The notes under the pieces: model-generated
The model's database searches: none
What the model was told of the DNA's origin: nothing
The model's input: the letters and a program-made list of their open reading frames with translations, nothing else
Source: Selaginella moellendorffii
Taxonomy: Eukaryota > Plantae > Lycopodiophyta
Reading direction: 5' to 3'
NCBI RefSeq assembly: GCF_000143415.4
Contig: NW_003314384.1
Location: 1 to 64,000 of the forward strand
DNA length: 64,000 nucleotides
Shown: in pieces, positions 27,282-38,812 of the stretch
Layout: each line of letters starts with the position of its first letter
Position numbering within the stretch: position 1 is the stretch's first letter
Made by a program: the position numbers and the translations under genes

Positions 27282-27695
27282 TTGAAGCCGAATGAAGGCG
27301 TAACAATCGAGGCCGGACTCGCTAGCGAATGTGCACTGTGTGTGCAGCAGATCGTAGCAGCAAGGCTACTCTGCCACTTACAGTTGGAGAGTGGCGCTGA
27401 AATCTCCCAGGACGCCAAGTGGGCTGCGTGTGGGTGGCGGAGTGGGCGGCGGAGTTGGCGGCGAAGTTACAAACTGGGTGTGTCCCATCGACACTGCAAA
27501 GGGACATCACAATCAGATGTGGGATCACAAGAAACCAACTTCACTAACTCTGGTTTCACCAAGATCTACGTAAGGAGTTATGAAATGAAAGGACCCTCTC
27601 TATTGAAATGTGTTTATGGTCCTAGGGGCATTGTGACATATCCAAGGATTTTGCATCAAGTTCTGTATTTGCATGTTTATCAAGCTACTGAATTG

Positions 27696-27722
27696 CTAAA
27701 CCCTAAACCCTAAACCCTAAAC
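27696..27722 (+). repeat. Short plant telomere-type array (CCCTAAA)3 / telo-box
   Basis: CTAAACCCTAAACCCTAAACCCTAAAC. Confidence 0.85.
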
Positions 27723-28579
27723 ATGTGGCAAATGCTGCATGAAGAAAGATGCCCTTTCTGGGCAAATGCTGTAAGAGGTAGATGTCGAGCAGATGTATCT
27801 CAGGCTAGCGAAGGGGACAAAAAAAAGCTAGCTATAAACATGACGGGATCCAAATAGATTACTAGGCTGGTCCTGCGAAAATCAAAAACCATAATTGAAA
27901 ACATTGAAAATGCAAAAAGAAAGGTTTATAATATTTTTGAATTTTAAGCAACCAAAGGAATGTAAATAGGGCATGTGTTTGTAAGTTTAAAAATGCCTCA
28001 ACCACTTAAATTCCCAAGTAAATAAAGCTGTTTCTATTTTTGGTACAGGTAAACTTTATAGCGTGTGGGCTCATGCAATTTTGAACCCAAAAATGCACCA
28101 AAAAATGCTCAACTAGCATTATTCTTTGAATGGCATGTGGCCTTATATTGCCATAAATGGACGTACACACATAGCATAATTATTCCTTTACACGGCGAAT
28201 AATCTTGGCGCGGATCGCTGACACGGCATGGCAAAGTTCGAATCACTGACATGGCACAGCTGGATCAAGGCAAGGACATGATGTGACAAAGTTCAACCTC
28301 CGACAGCAAAGTCTAGAAGCTACTCAGTTTGAAATTTATCAAAGGAATCATAAGATCTGGTTTGTCAAAGGATTTGATGTGACGTTCAAGCGTGTGTTAT
28401 TTTTGAATTCTCGAACTCATTCCTAGGTCTATCATTTTTGTGCGCCGTGTTCTTGGTTCCGCTGAGCGCAGTGAGCGCTGCTTGTGTAAGCGGCGTTGTG
28501 AGCTGTGGTTTATGCGTCTACAAGCGGTTGCGGCATTGCGAGCGCCATTGCGAGCAGCAGTTTATGCGAGTGGCAGTTT

Positions 28580-28652
28580 GTGCGAGCGGCGCTACGAGCA
28601 GTTGTGGTGTTGCGAGCGGCGCTACGAGTAGTTGCGGTGTTGCGAGCGGCAC
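28580..28652 (+). repeat. 30-bp GC-rich tandem repeat upstream of the DUF7869-like gene
   Basis: GCGAGCGGCGCTACGAG(C/T)AGTTG(T/C)GGTGTT repeated ~2.5 times. Confidence 0.8.
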
Positions 28653-28843
28653 TGTCTTTGGTGTGGCTACCGCTTCCTCTTGATATTCGGCACTTGTGCT
28701 TCCTGGTATGTTCACTATGGAATGGCTTAGGACCACATTTAGAAATGGCATGAGGCCACATGCCATCTTGGGCCCTTGCAATTTCATTGCTAGCGTATTG
28801 TCATGTATGTTTTTACTTGCCTGCAGCTGTGTGTATATCAAGA

Positions 28844-29033
28844 TGGCATGAGGCCTCATGCCATCTTTGGCCCCTGCTAGCCTATTGCCATATTCCTTTT
28901 GCCTTGCTGCAACTGTATATATTTTTGTATGGGTGACTAGTCACGCACACAAAAATATATACAGTTGCAGCAAGGCAAAAGGAATATAGCAACAGGCTAG
29001 CAGGGGCCAAAGATAGTGTGAGGCCTCATGCCA
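28844..29033. repeat. ~190-bp near-perfect inverted repeat
   Basis: Centre GTGACT|AGTCAC at 28938/28939. The arms pair out to the two terminal 22-bp palindromes with few mismatches. Confidence 0.92.
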
Positions 29034-29186
29034 ATTTTGTGAATGCGAAATTTCACGTGGGTGTCAATAGCATGTTTGAATAATGGCATGTGGCCTCATG
29101 CTATTGAGGTTGTTTGGTATGTTATGATTTAGGCCATTCTCCAATCATTTTTTGTATGGTTTTAACTTCTTTTCTGCACTTTCAGA

Positions 29187-31369
29187 ATGGCATTTAGGGT
29201 TGGGGAAAAGGTTTACATTTTGAATGGTGGGAAGAGAGTTGCAAAAGGGACCCTTGTGTCTATGGATCGGAACTTTGTTATACACTGTCAAAGGCTTGGG
29301 GAAGGCAATGCTGCTATATCAGTAGAGACTATCTTCGATGGGAATATGGTCACTATTGAACAAGGAGAGATGGTCGTCGGGTAAATGTTGTTGTTGCCTT
29401 GAAAAATCTGCAGAAGAAAGCAGATGTTGGGGACAGCGCAAGTGCAATGCATGTTCCCTCCGTGGATCTTAAGAACCGTGCTACATGGATTCAGGCAAAG
29501 GTGTTTCTAAATAACCCCGAGGGGGAGGTGGTAGCTGAGGGCTTAGCCACAGTTGTCGATCCAAGAGATGCGGTTGCTAATCAAGAATTGGGCTGGGATG
29601 ATATTGGAGTTGCGATTTTAGAGGTTGTTGACACAGAAGAAAACAGTCTGACTATTGGAAGCATTGTGCGGTGGAAATTGAGGCATTTAGTGTTTGAGAA
29701 TGTGAAGGATTCACAATCAAACACCACTACAACTGATGACAGAACATCTCTTCATGGGAAAAGAAAGTACACCTTCCTAAAGTGCAGCCAAAGGGATCTG
29801 AGCAACGAACCGAAAAGGCAGAAAATGGCAATGGAGGTTCGAATGGTCTCGACAGTTGCTTGTTGCAAGAGGAGGTGCTGTCAACATGTTGATTGGGATG
29901 CTATTGAAGAGGAGAGAGCAAGATACAAGACATTGTCCTGGAAGGCAGCTCGCAATTTTGTGTATGAGGCATTACGGTCATCTGTTGATGCTTCAGAACA
30001 TCAGGTGGGGGGCATGGTCTTCCAGAGGGGTTTGGTCTGCATGAAGGCATGGAGAATCATTTATGGTGAATGCACAGCCTCATCCAAACGAAGCAGAATC
30101 TCAAGGAAGTTCTTGCGGCTGATGTGGCCTTCCACCCCATCTTCTGCTCCAAACAGACAATGCTGGCAGTGAGAACAAAAACATGTACGTCTTCGCGTAC
30201 TTGGCGATGCTTGTTGCCAAAGGCATATTTGAAACGGTTACACTTGGCTTTCTCATGGTTGGGCACACTCATGAAGACATCGATGCCATGTTCAGTCACC
30301 TGGCAGAGTCCCTCCGGCAATCTAATGTCCTCACCCTCCCACAACTCTACGATGAATTCCAAAATTGCATCAAAGGCACTGTTGAAACTGCACTTGTGAC
30401 AGAGGTTTCAGACTTTAAGGGGTTTGTAAAAGGCTACATCAGGGATGGATCCGAAACGTTGATTGGCCACTCCAAGCCTCTTCAGTTTCATTTCAGCATG
30501 CGTGACGGTGCTCCAGTGATGAGGTACAAGATGAGAGAATGGGACACAGTGTGGCTGCCAGTGGACGGCATTGAACTCTTCAAGAGAGATCCCATAACTA
30601 GGGAACCTATGATTCCTTAGGGTTCCCCACGGCCGATGCACCCACCCGGATGGACTCAAAGACCAGGAAAGTATAGTGGTCGGGATTAGACAGCATATTG
30701 CCTTCTGGAAGAGGGGGTTGGTGTTTGGTGGAGAATCCTATTTTAAGAGGTGCAAGCCTTTGCTCAAATACTGGGAGAAGATTATATCTGCTATCCAAAA
30801 TGGGCCGGTTGTATATGAAGAATTGGAAGAGTCCTTTTGGCCAGAACCCAGAGCACCAGATAGTAGCGGAACAATGTCCTCTGGAAATGTAGTGACAGAT
30901 AACGATCTTGAGGATCACTATTGTGGGCCGAGGAACAAGAAGCCGGATTCAGCATTCAATTTAGTACAGGTCTGCAAAGGAATGGTCGTGCTTGTCAAAC
31001 CCAGTAATAAAAAACAAATGATATGGGTGGGGCGCTGCATCACTAATGCAGAGGAGGACGCGGAAACTAACTCCTTCAATGTAACTGTGGAGTGGTTCAA
31101 GCCAAGTTCCGGATATACGAAGGATTGCCTAGAAAAGAGATGGGTGCTGAATCCAAGGGATCCCAACATGAGCATATCGGTGGATAATGTTGTGCATGGT
31201 TGGATGCGGAAGCAGAGTGCCACCATCACCTTGCCAAACCATGCAAGAGATGCAGCAAGAGCATTCATAACCCGGGTTCAAGGTGAGATTCATTAATATT
31301 CCTTTACTAAGTTTCTAATGTATTTTATTTCAAGGTGAACAATCCGAATCTGAATCAGAGGAGGCGTGA
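29187..31369 (+). pseudogene. Sola-like / DUF7869-type DD(D/E) transposase, internally deleted and frameshifted
   Basis: LLLQTDNAGSENKNMYVFAYL...FLMVGHTHEDIDAMFS core. Cys motif CCKRRC..CMKAW. C-terminal Tudor/BAH-like segment (VVLVKP..IWVG..VTVEWF). Stop at ~30618; terminal intron before a TGA at 31369. Confidence 0.7.
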
Positions 31370-34300
31370 TGGCATGGCGTGATGGCGTGAGGCGTGACAC
31401 CAAAAAGTAGGTGTCCACTAGCGCTTAGGCTTATAATGGCGTGTGCCCTCATGCCATTTACTTGATCACCAAATACCTTTTTCCCTTTGCACTAGTATAT
31501 CTTAATACCGGTCTGAGAAATAGAATGGCATGTGCCCTCAGGCCTTTTACTAAATCACCTTTGAAAGAAATGCAAGCCTCTATGTCGTAAAAATAAGGTA
31601 CTAGAGAAATTCCTTAATAATATGAATGTTATTTAGTTTCATGAAAATACACTAAGGGTCAAATGAGTTAAATGACTTCTCCAGACTAGCAATGCCTCTT
31701 GCTACACCTTCACAATTAGATTCATTAGAAAAAGATAACATTGAATAATATCTAAATGTTCTCACCATTAAGTTATATGTCTGGCTAATAGGAATGACGT
31801 TCATCTTGGAAAGCTCACCACACGCTCAATGAACAAACAAATAGTGTGTGCGTGCATGCCATCGCTCTTCTTTAGCTTCAGATTTGGCTTGTTCACCTTG
31901 ACAATGAGATTTATTATACAACCAGATGGACTCAGTTTGGACACAAAGTCACCGCGCTAGTCACTCAGATATGTCTAGCCCCTGGACAAAAAACATATAA
32001 TTTCACGTCATTTTCAAATACTTGAAAATTTGTACCTAGTCCCATTTTACTGAATAAATTCCACTAACGAAATAGAGCTTGAAAGATGTTTCCAGAACAA
32101 AGAACTTTTGGCCCAGAGTTGGGTGCAAACACTATAGTGTGGTGCTAACGGATAGTTAACATGAGGAACAACTATATTGGTTTTGGCAAAGACCTAGACA
32201 CTAATAAGTAGTGTCATAAGGATAAGCTCGTGGGGCCAATGGTGTGGAGACACTAAATGTGCCAAGGTGTGATACCTTGAGGTTATGTTGGTGGGTTCAT
32301 AAGAACCCCTTGCCAAAGGAATCTCAACGGAAATGGGAATAGCATAGCCTAAGCTAGAAGATATGTGGTAGAGTGTGGTAACCAAAACAATGATGGAGGT
32401 GTGGAAGCACCAGCAATGAGTTGTATGACTTGACAACTATGAGGCAAATAAGCAAAAGGTGCAAGATAATTGGTTAAACTGGTAGAAGGTAGCTACCCAA
32501 GACTTCTTAATGGCATAAGAAAGTTAGATATACCCTTATGGGAGATAAATTGCTTATGTTGCGAAATAGTAAGTTAATGTCGTAAAAGGGAATGCTCATT
32601 GTCAAAGAGGCCACCATTTGGGACATCCAAACACTCTATAACACCAAAAAGTGGTGTTTGATGTCACGAGGGCAATAGATAAGGCCCAAGGGACTAAGTC
32701 TCTAGTGAATAATGGATAGAAGGTGGTATTCAAATGTCCAAGGTTGCGGAGACGGGAGAAAACTATCTATCCAAATTGGACAATGCCAAAAAATGGAATT
32801 TTGGCAAGGCTAGTGATGGGCATGTAAGGACCCATAAACAACAACATTAATCCCGGTGTGTGGGATTATAAGGTGAGCATACCTGTATTGAGGAACCACT
32901 CCCTAGACTATCGGGTCAGTTCATCCCTAAGAATATTTGCTAAGGCATAATGGAAAGTGCAAAGCTATCCTCCTAGTCTGGAGGAGAATGACCGAAAGAA
33001 AGGTGTGAAGCCAAAAGCAAGTAGTAAAGGGATAGAACCAAACCATGGGAATTGAAGGGCATAACTAAGGGTGGTTATGCCAGTTGGGAGTGGAGAATCA
33101 AGTGGGGGCTCAAGAGTGTTGTTGCTAGCAACCGTGATGTCATGGAAAGTCTAAAATATGGAATTGTCCATGTTAGACTATATGGCAACTAGAAAGCTTG
33201 CTAAAAGGGAGGCCTTAGCAAGCTAAGGGACATAGTTCCTTCAAAAGTTCCCAAAGACGATTTTAGGTAGCTTAGTACCTAGAAAGCCAAGCGTAAATGG
33301 TTCCTAGAGCGCGCGAAATCAGAGTGGCACAGCAGAAGCATGGTCTTGAAGCTGGCCATGAGGCGAGGCTATCAAGGTTGGGGAAGTGGTTCCTGAGTGT
33401 TCAAAGAGAGGGCTTTGAACGAAAGTCGATAGTTAAGGATTTTCACACTTATGCATGAACCATGTTATGGTGGCCGGATGGCTTGCTAAGTGAGATTGGC
33501 AGGTTAAGGGGACAAATCCCCTAGTTGAGGGTGCTAACTTCAAAAGGGGTGGCCCATGGGGCCGAGCATGGAGGAGTCCATGCATGATCACAGACTTGTC
33601 AAGCGAAATTACTTGGCAGTGCGAAGGAACTAGGTTCCTAAGCTATGATCTATAGCGCGCTTTGACTATAAATTGGTGCACCGGCGTGGGGAGTCACGCC
33701 AGGCATCTTGGATGATGCCTTCTGTAGATGCATATACGGAGGTTGGGTTCGAGTCCCGACCCTCTAGTGCTTGGGTTTGAGTCCCAAATCACTAGGGCAT
33801 GGTGATGGTTTGGAATATGAGGACACTCATATTTCAGTGGTCATGGACTCTCAATGAGGAGATTGAGTTGGGCACACCGCCAAGTGGGGGATGCCCCGGA
33901 GTCGTGATGCACAGTTAGATTGCTTAGAGTGAAAGCTCGACATATCTAACTTGAACACTTTAGTGCAAAGGGCACCAAAGATGTGGTGAATGAGATGGGG
34001 ACACCCAGTCTCAGTTGCTATGGATCCTTGGCCGGAAGGGCTGGCTTGGGTGCCCTGCCAAGTGTGGGGGATGCCCCCCAGGGTCATAATTAACAATTTA
34101 AAAGGGTCTGGAAGACCTAGTTCCTATTGGTAGACCTGTTAAGGGGTCAAGATGAGATCACCAGGTGATCTTGTGGCTAAACAAGGACAAAGTCTTTGTT
34201 TGGGTTAAGGAATACGATTTCTAGTTCAAAGTGTTGATTTGAACTATTGATAATGGTGTGGCTTGGCCAAGGTGACCAAGTGGGAAGAACACATAAGAGA

Positions 34301-37300
34301 AATGAGCTATGTCAATGATATGGCATAATAAGTCCGAGGAAAGTAGTCTTTATAAGAAATCCAAGGGAGGGTCTCAAAAGTTGGGCTATGGATAGAGCCC
34401 ATGGCAGAAAATGTTAAAGAGACGTACTAGGGGTGAACACCCTCTGGACTTTGCAAAGCAACAAAGTGCTTACTATGGAACTGAAAGGAAACCTCAAAAA
34501 TGGAGGTAGGGATCCTATGTTGTTAGGTGCAACAATCAAGGATAGGAGCAAAAGACTAGTGGCTAAGAAAAAGAGCTATAGGAATCATGGGAAAGAATCC
34601 AAATGGCAAAGTTGAGCCGAGAACACTAATGTGTTGGATGCTAATAGATTGTGGGAAAGGCAATGTTTCCCCAAGGATGGATTCCCAACCACTCCGATTT
34701 GGCAAAAGTGGATGCTCCAAAGGGGGGAGCGGTAAGGTAGCCAAATAATAGGGCCGTGAGCAGCCATAGCACCAATTATGATAACTCGAACTTAGTGCCC
34801 AAAGGTGGCACGATATCGAAGAGAGGATGATGGTACCCTCAAGTAAAGAACTTCCTAGGATAGGGAAGTGGAGTTGCACCATGTGCAACGTAAGGTGTCG
34901 GAGACACCTAGGAAATTCACTCGGAGAAGTCAAAATTAAAAGTTCCAAAGTACAAAGGTTATGTCAATGGAATCTGAGACTACTCGAGAATGAGTAGTGG
35001 AATTGAGTTAGAGAGAACTAAACCAATAAAAGGGAGCAAACCACCCCAGGTGGTCGAGTGAGTCTCTACGTTGGAGAGACTATGCTCCTTAGAGGATGGA
35101 CAAGGCATGGTGAGCCTTCGGGGTCAAACCATAGACAAATATTAGCTGGGTGCTAAGGATGGAAATAGTAATACCTATGGGTGTTACTTTATAAAAGGGT
35201 TTACCGTTCGATGAGGACATCGAACTTCGTCTATGGGTGGTGGAGTTGTGAGACACAAAATCCCTAGGCCCCAAAGTGGAGCTGAAAGGGCACCACATGG
35301 TAGTGGCCGAAGCGAAAACCAAACGAGCATAACACCTTTAGACTAAAATCTCCGACTTGAAAAGGTCGAGAGTGGGAGTGGAACTCCCAACAAAGGGCTC
35401 GAGGAACAAGCATGGGGCAAACCATGAGTGAGTCTCTAGAAAAGGGGACACAAGAGGACCAAAACATGACATATGGAAGTGTCCGAGATGGAGTCCGAGG
35501 TGGAGTCCGAGGTGGACCCGAGATGGACCCAAACTGGACCCGAGGTGAGTTCAAGATGGACCCAAGATAGAGTTCGAGATAGACCCGAGATGGAGTCTGA
35601 GATGGAGTCCGAGATGAACCGAGATGGAGTCTAAGAAGGAGTCCGAGATGGAGTCCAAGATGGACCCGAGATGGAGTCCGAGATGGACTGAGACAAAGTC
35701 TGAGATGGAGTCCGAGATGGAGTCCGAGATGGAGACCGAGACCGAGACCGAGACCGAGACAGGAACTGAGACCGAGACCGAGACCAAGGCCGAGACTGAG
35801 CCCGAGCCCGAGTCCGAGTCCGAGTCCGAGTCTGAGTCCGAGTCTGAGTCCGAGTCCGAGTCCGAGTCTGAGCCTGAGTCCGAGTTCGAGTCTAAGTGGG
35901 TGAAAGCCCAAAGCATTCATCTCCCAGACCCTGGGGGGTTTGGTGAGCTCCAAAATTATAGAAGGGGAGGACTACAGTGGAGCTAGTTTGGCCCAGGAAG
36001 GCTGTACCTAGTGTTGGGTGATGAGCTGCCCACTGGGAAGTCCAAGACTAGAGTGAACACGGACAGACAAGCGGGGTGGGTAGCTTGGTGAAGTGTTCAA
36101 GAGCCGGCTCTAGTTCCCCCAGGAGATCGACTGGCCAATGCTCCCAGTCCAAGTGTGGGTGGCACTACCTACTTGGATACCTAGTGTGGCTCAATGGAAC
36201 CTCGCTCTAAGCCCATGGCTAGAGCACTTAAAGGCAGAAGGCGGGGAGACTACCCATGAGGCCCGCGTAGGGCCACGGTGTTCCGAAATGTTGTCCCAAA
36301 GTCCCAGACTGTGGAAAGGAAGAGGAGTAATCCTCTGGAGTAGAGACCAAGGATACAGTCGTGTGGTGAGGAAGTCCCAGAGGACCGTAGGACTTAGTGG
36401 TCGGGTCTGTGGGCCTTGATCTAGTGGCGGTGTTGGCGAATGCGGCCATGAGCAAACAAGGATTTGGTGGGGACCGGAAAAGGGATATTGGGGAAGGCTA
36501 TTCCCCATGTCTGTGGGCATCCTAAGGATGCTAAGGAGTGGATCTGGGATGATCACTTATGCACGGATGGCCTAGTGTTGGAGAGACGGGATTGCAATGC
36601 AGATAGTGTTAAACCACCGATGTGACCAGGGTGAATGAGCATGGCCTAGCGTAATGGGCTCATATATCAATGGTACGTTGGGGTGTCGGTCATGGGATCG
36701 GACACGTGGAGCACTTGGACCAAGTGCAAAGGTTGAGTGGCATGGATGCCATTCTCGGGGCTAGCAAGCCCCAAGTCCTAAATGGGACTTATGGAGGTTG
36801 TGAATGAGACTCCTCCAAGTGGTCGGAGGTGTGGTTAAGCGAATAAAGTAGAATGGAAAAATTTGCCGCTTACACTAAACTATACCTCAAATGTGTTGGC
36901 CATACCTAACCTACCCACTATCTTTACTATACATTTGGAACCCCTTGTAATAGCTTGAGAAAGGATATCAACATTAGTTATAAAACTCCCCAAATGATAA
37001 ATAACCTTAAAATTATATATCTGAAGCTTCAAATCTTATTATGTAGTACAAAAAACCAAGTTCCTCTACTTCAATAATAAAATAACCACAACATGATTAC
37101 CTTATAGTAATATTTGAGAATTATGCAAGTATGCATGAAATTTCTTGAAACAATAAATATCTGCTAAACACTCTTCTATTGTGCCTCTACTAGTTATAAT
37201 GTACAACTAATATATGCAATGGGGTGGTGCTAACCAAGAATACTCAAGCATTCTTGCATCAACACACCTCCAAAATCGATATCAAAAGCATTAATGAGCA

Positions 37301-38812
37301 AAATGAAGTAGGTAGGATATGCTAAATTGAAGGAGTTGTTAACAGCTTTTTGAGATTTGTAAAGGCCTACTCACAATTCACAGACTAGATAAAAAACAAT
37401 GTTAACAACTTTAATACGGTGTAATACAATCAAAAAAGATAATTAACAAAATGATCAAAATATTGCATCTTATCTAACAAGCGTTGCACATCATTCACAC
37501 ACTACAGAGTAGGGAACTTTAAAACTACCACAAATTTGTTAGGATCAACTTTCAAACCTTCATAAAAAATATAGTACCCAAGAGAAGTTTTATCATTAGA
37601 CCCAAACACACACTTTGATTGCTTCAACTTCAAACAAACTTCTTGTAGGTGATTCAACACCTTATGAACATCATGGATGTGCTCCTACATCCCCTTTCAG
37701 TAAATCAAAACAACATTAATGAAGTTAATAGTTATTTATAGGGGGTTCCAAATATTGGGCCGAGTATGCTCAATAAGAAACACATAGGAGTTCCTACCTT
37801 ATATTTATTTGGCATAAGTACATATATGATAACCAATTTCTCAACTAACTTAGGTGGGGATTGATAAAGGATCTAGCAATACCAACCTCCTATTATTGTG
37901 GTAGTAAGGAAAGAATATCCAAAAGGACTAACTGATAGGTAATTTTTGATACCCACAGTCACATTCATGACACTCTCCCCCCCTTAGGGAAAATTAATAT
38001 CCTTGTTGATACATACTCTAGTAGAACACTGCCAAGGAGAAAACTCTAGAAAAAGTTTATGGTGTTCACATTTTATAAAAAATGCATTAACTTAAATGAG
38101 TTTGGGTAACTTTTCTATCTAATGTAAATGCACTACACTCAAACACCTTCCAGCCATCACTAAAAAAGAAATCACTAACAGAGTTAGGCATCCTTGCTGC
38201 TCTAGGTGTCATCAAGCCTATGAAAGATGATAACCCTTGCTCGTATGTGGCATAGAGAGCCAACCCTTATGAGCAAAGAAACCAAACCTATTGATAAGGT
38301 TTAAATAGACTACTATAAACAGGTAGTTAGAGTTGTTTACATGGTCACACCCTTTTAAATAAAATAAGAAACATTAAGAGAGAGGCAGGTGATGTGACCA
38401 GTTGACAGTAGTTACCCCATGACTAAAGAGCTCACCATACACACAAAGTGCTAAAATCAATCTACCTATACCGGCCCAAACCCAAAAATAAAAAAATGGA
38501 CAATATCAAAGTCATAGACAAGAGACTTAATTATCAATGAATAAATCTTAGATTAGAACACAAAAGTATTCCAACAAAGTTATCATCTGATAAACTAGTA
38601 TTAGAGTATAGAAACCACCAAAATCATTATAGGTGAAAGTCATAGGATTCACTATCCAATAAAATTCAAAAGCTAGTGTATCATCAAGTATACTCAATAA
38701 TAAAACTTAACTATCAAAAATTGTAGATAGCATGCTAAACAACTTATGTAAGATAACTCAAAGAACACAAAATATTATTGATTGCCAAGAAAAATGCTCA
38801 CAAATGTATCAA

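Larger units (their letters stand above)
21608..31862. repeat. Dispersed 22-bp palindrome family ATGGCRTG-N6-CAYGCCAT (copy 1 of module)
   Basis: Exact or degenerate instances start at 21608, 22685, 22760, 23992, 24183, 24324, 25823, 27095, 27155, 27232, 28058, 28130, 28745, 28843, 29013, 29083, 31436, 31525 and 31841. Confidence 0.9.
20942..32080. mobile_element. 11.1-kb partial copy of the multi-gene DNA-transposon-like module
   Basis: 20942-27484 aligns to ~57178-63714. The remainder carries a DUF7869/Sola-like transposase and the same palindrome family. No TSD or TIR at the junctions. Confidence 0.8.
20277..36874 (+). mobile_element. Family-A LTR element, second copy, disrupted (5' LTR broken at ~20941, interior resumes at 32081, 3' LTR 35247-36874)
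   Basis: Same CTAAA flanks (20272-20276, 36875-36879). Position 32081 aligns to 9750, so the sequence equivalent to ~7863-9749 is missing. Confidence 0.88.
1..38035. repeat. Tandem segmental duplication, unit ~14.2 kb (gene plus nested retroelements); second unit expanded by an 11-kb insert
   Basis: Identical ORFs recur at an offset of 14204-14206 (88/14294, 2291/16495, 2746/16950). The post-LTR flank at 410 recurs at 14616 and 36875; the last copy diverges after ...AACACTGCCAAG near 38035. Confidence 0.9.

Noticed and set aside
21608-31862. Palindromic repeats read as a CRISPR array
   Set aside because: Irregular spacing (tens of bp to kb), located in introns and exons, no cas genes, eukaryotic context.
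32040-32080. Right terminus/TIR of the DNA element
   Set aside because: No inverted match to the 49689 end, no TSD, and the host retroelement is deleted at this junction.
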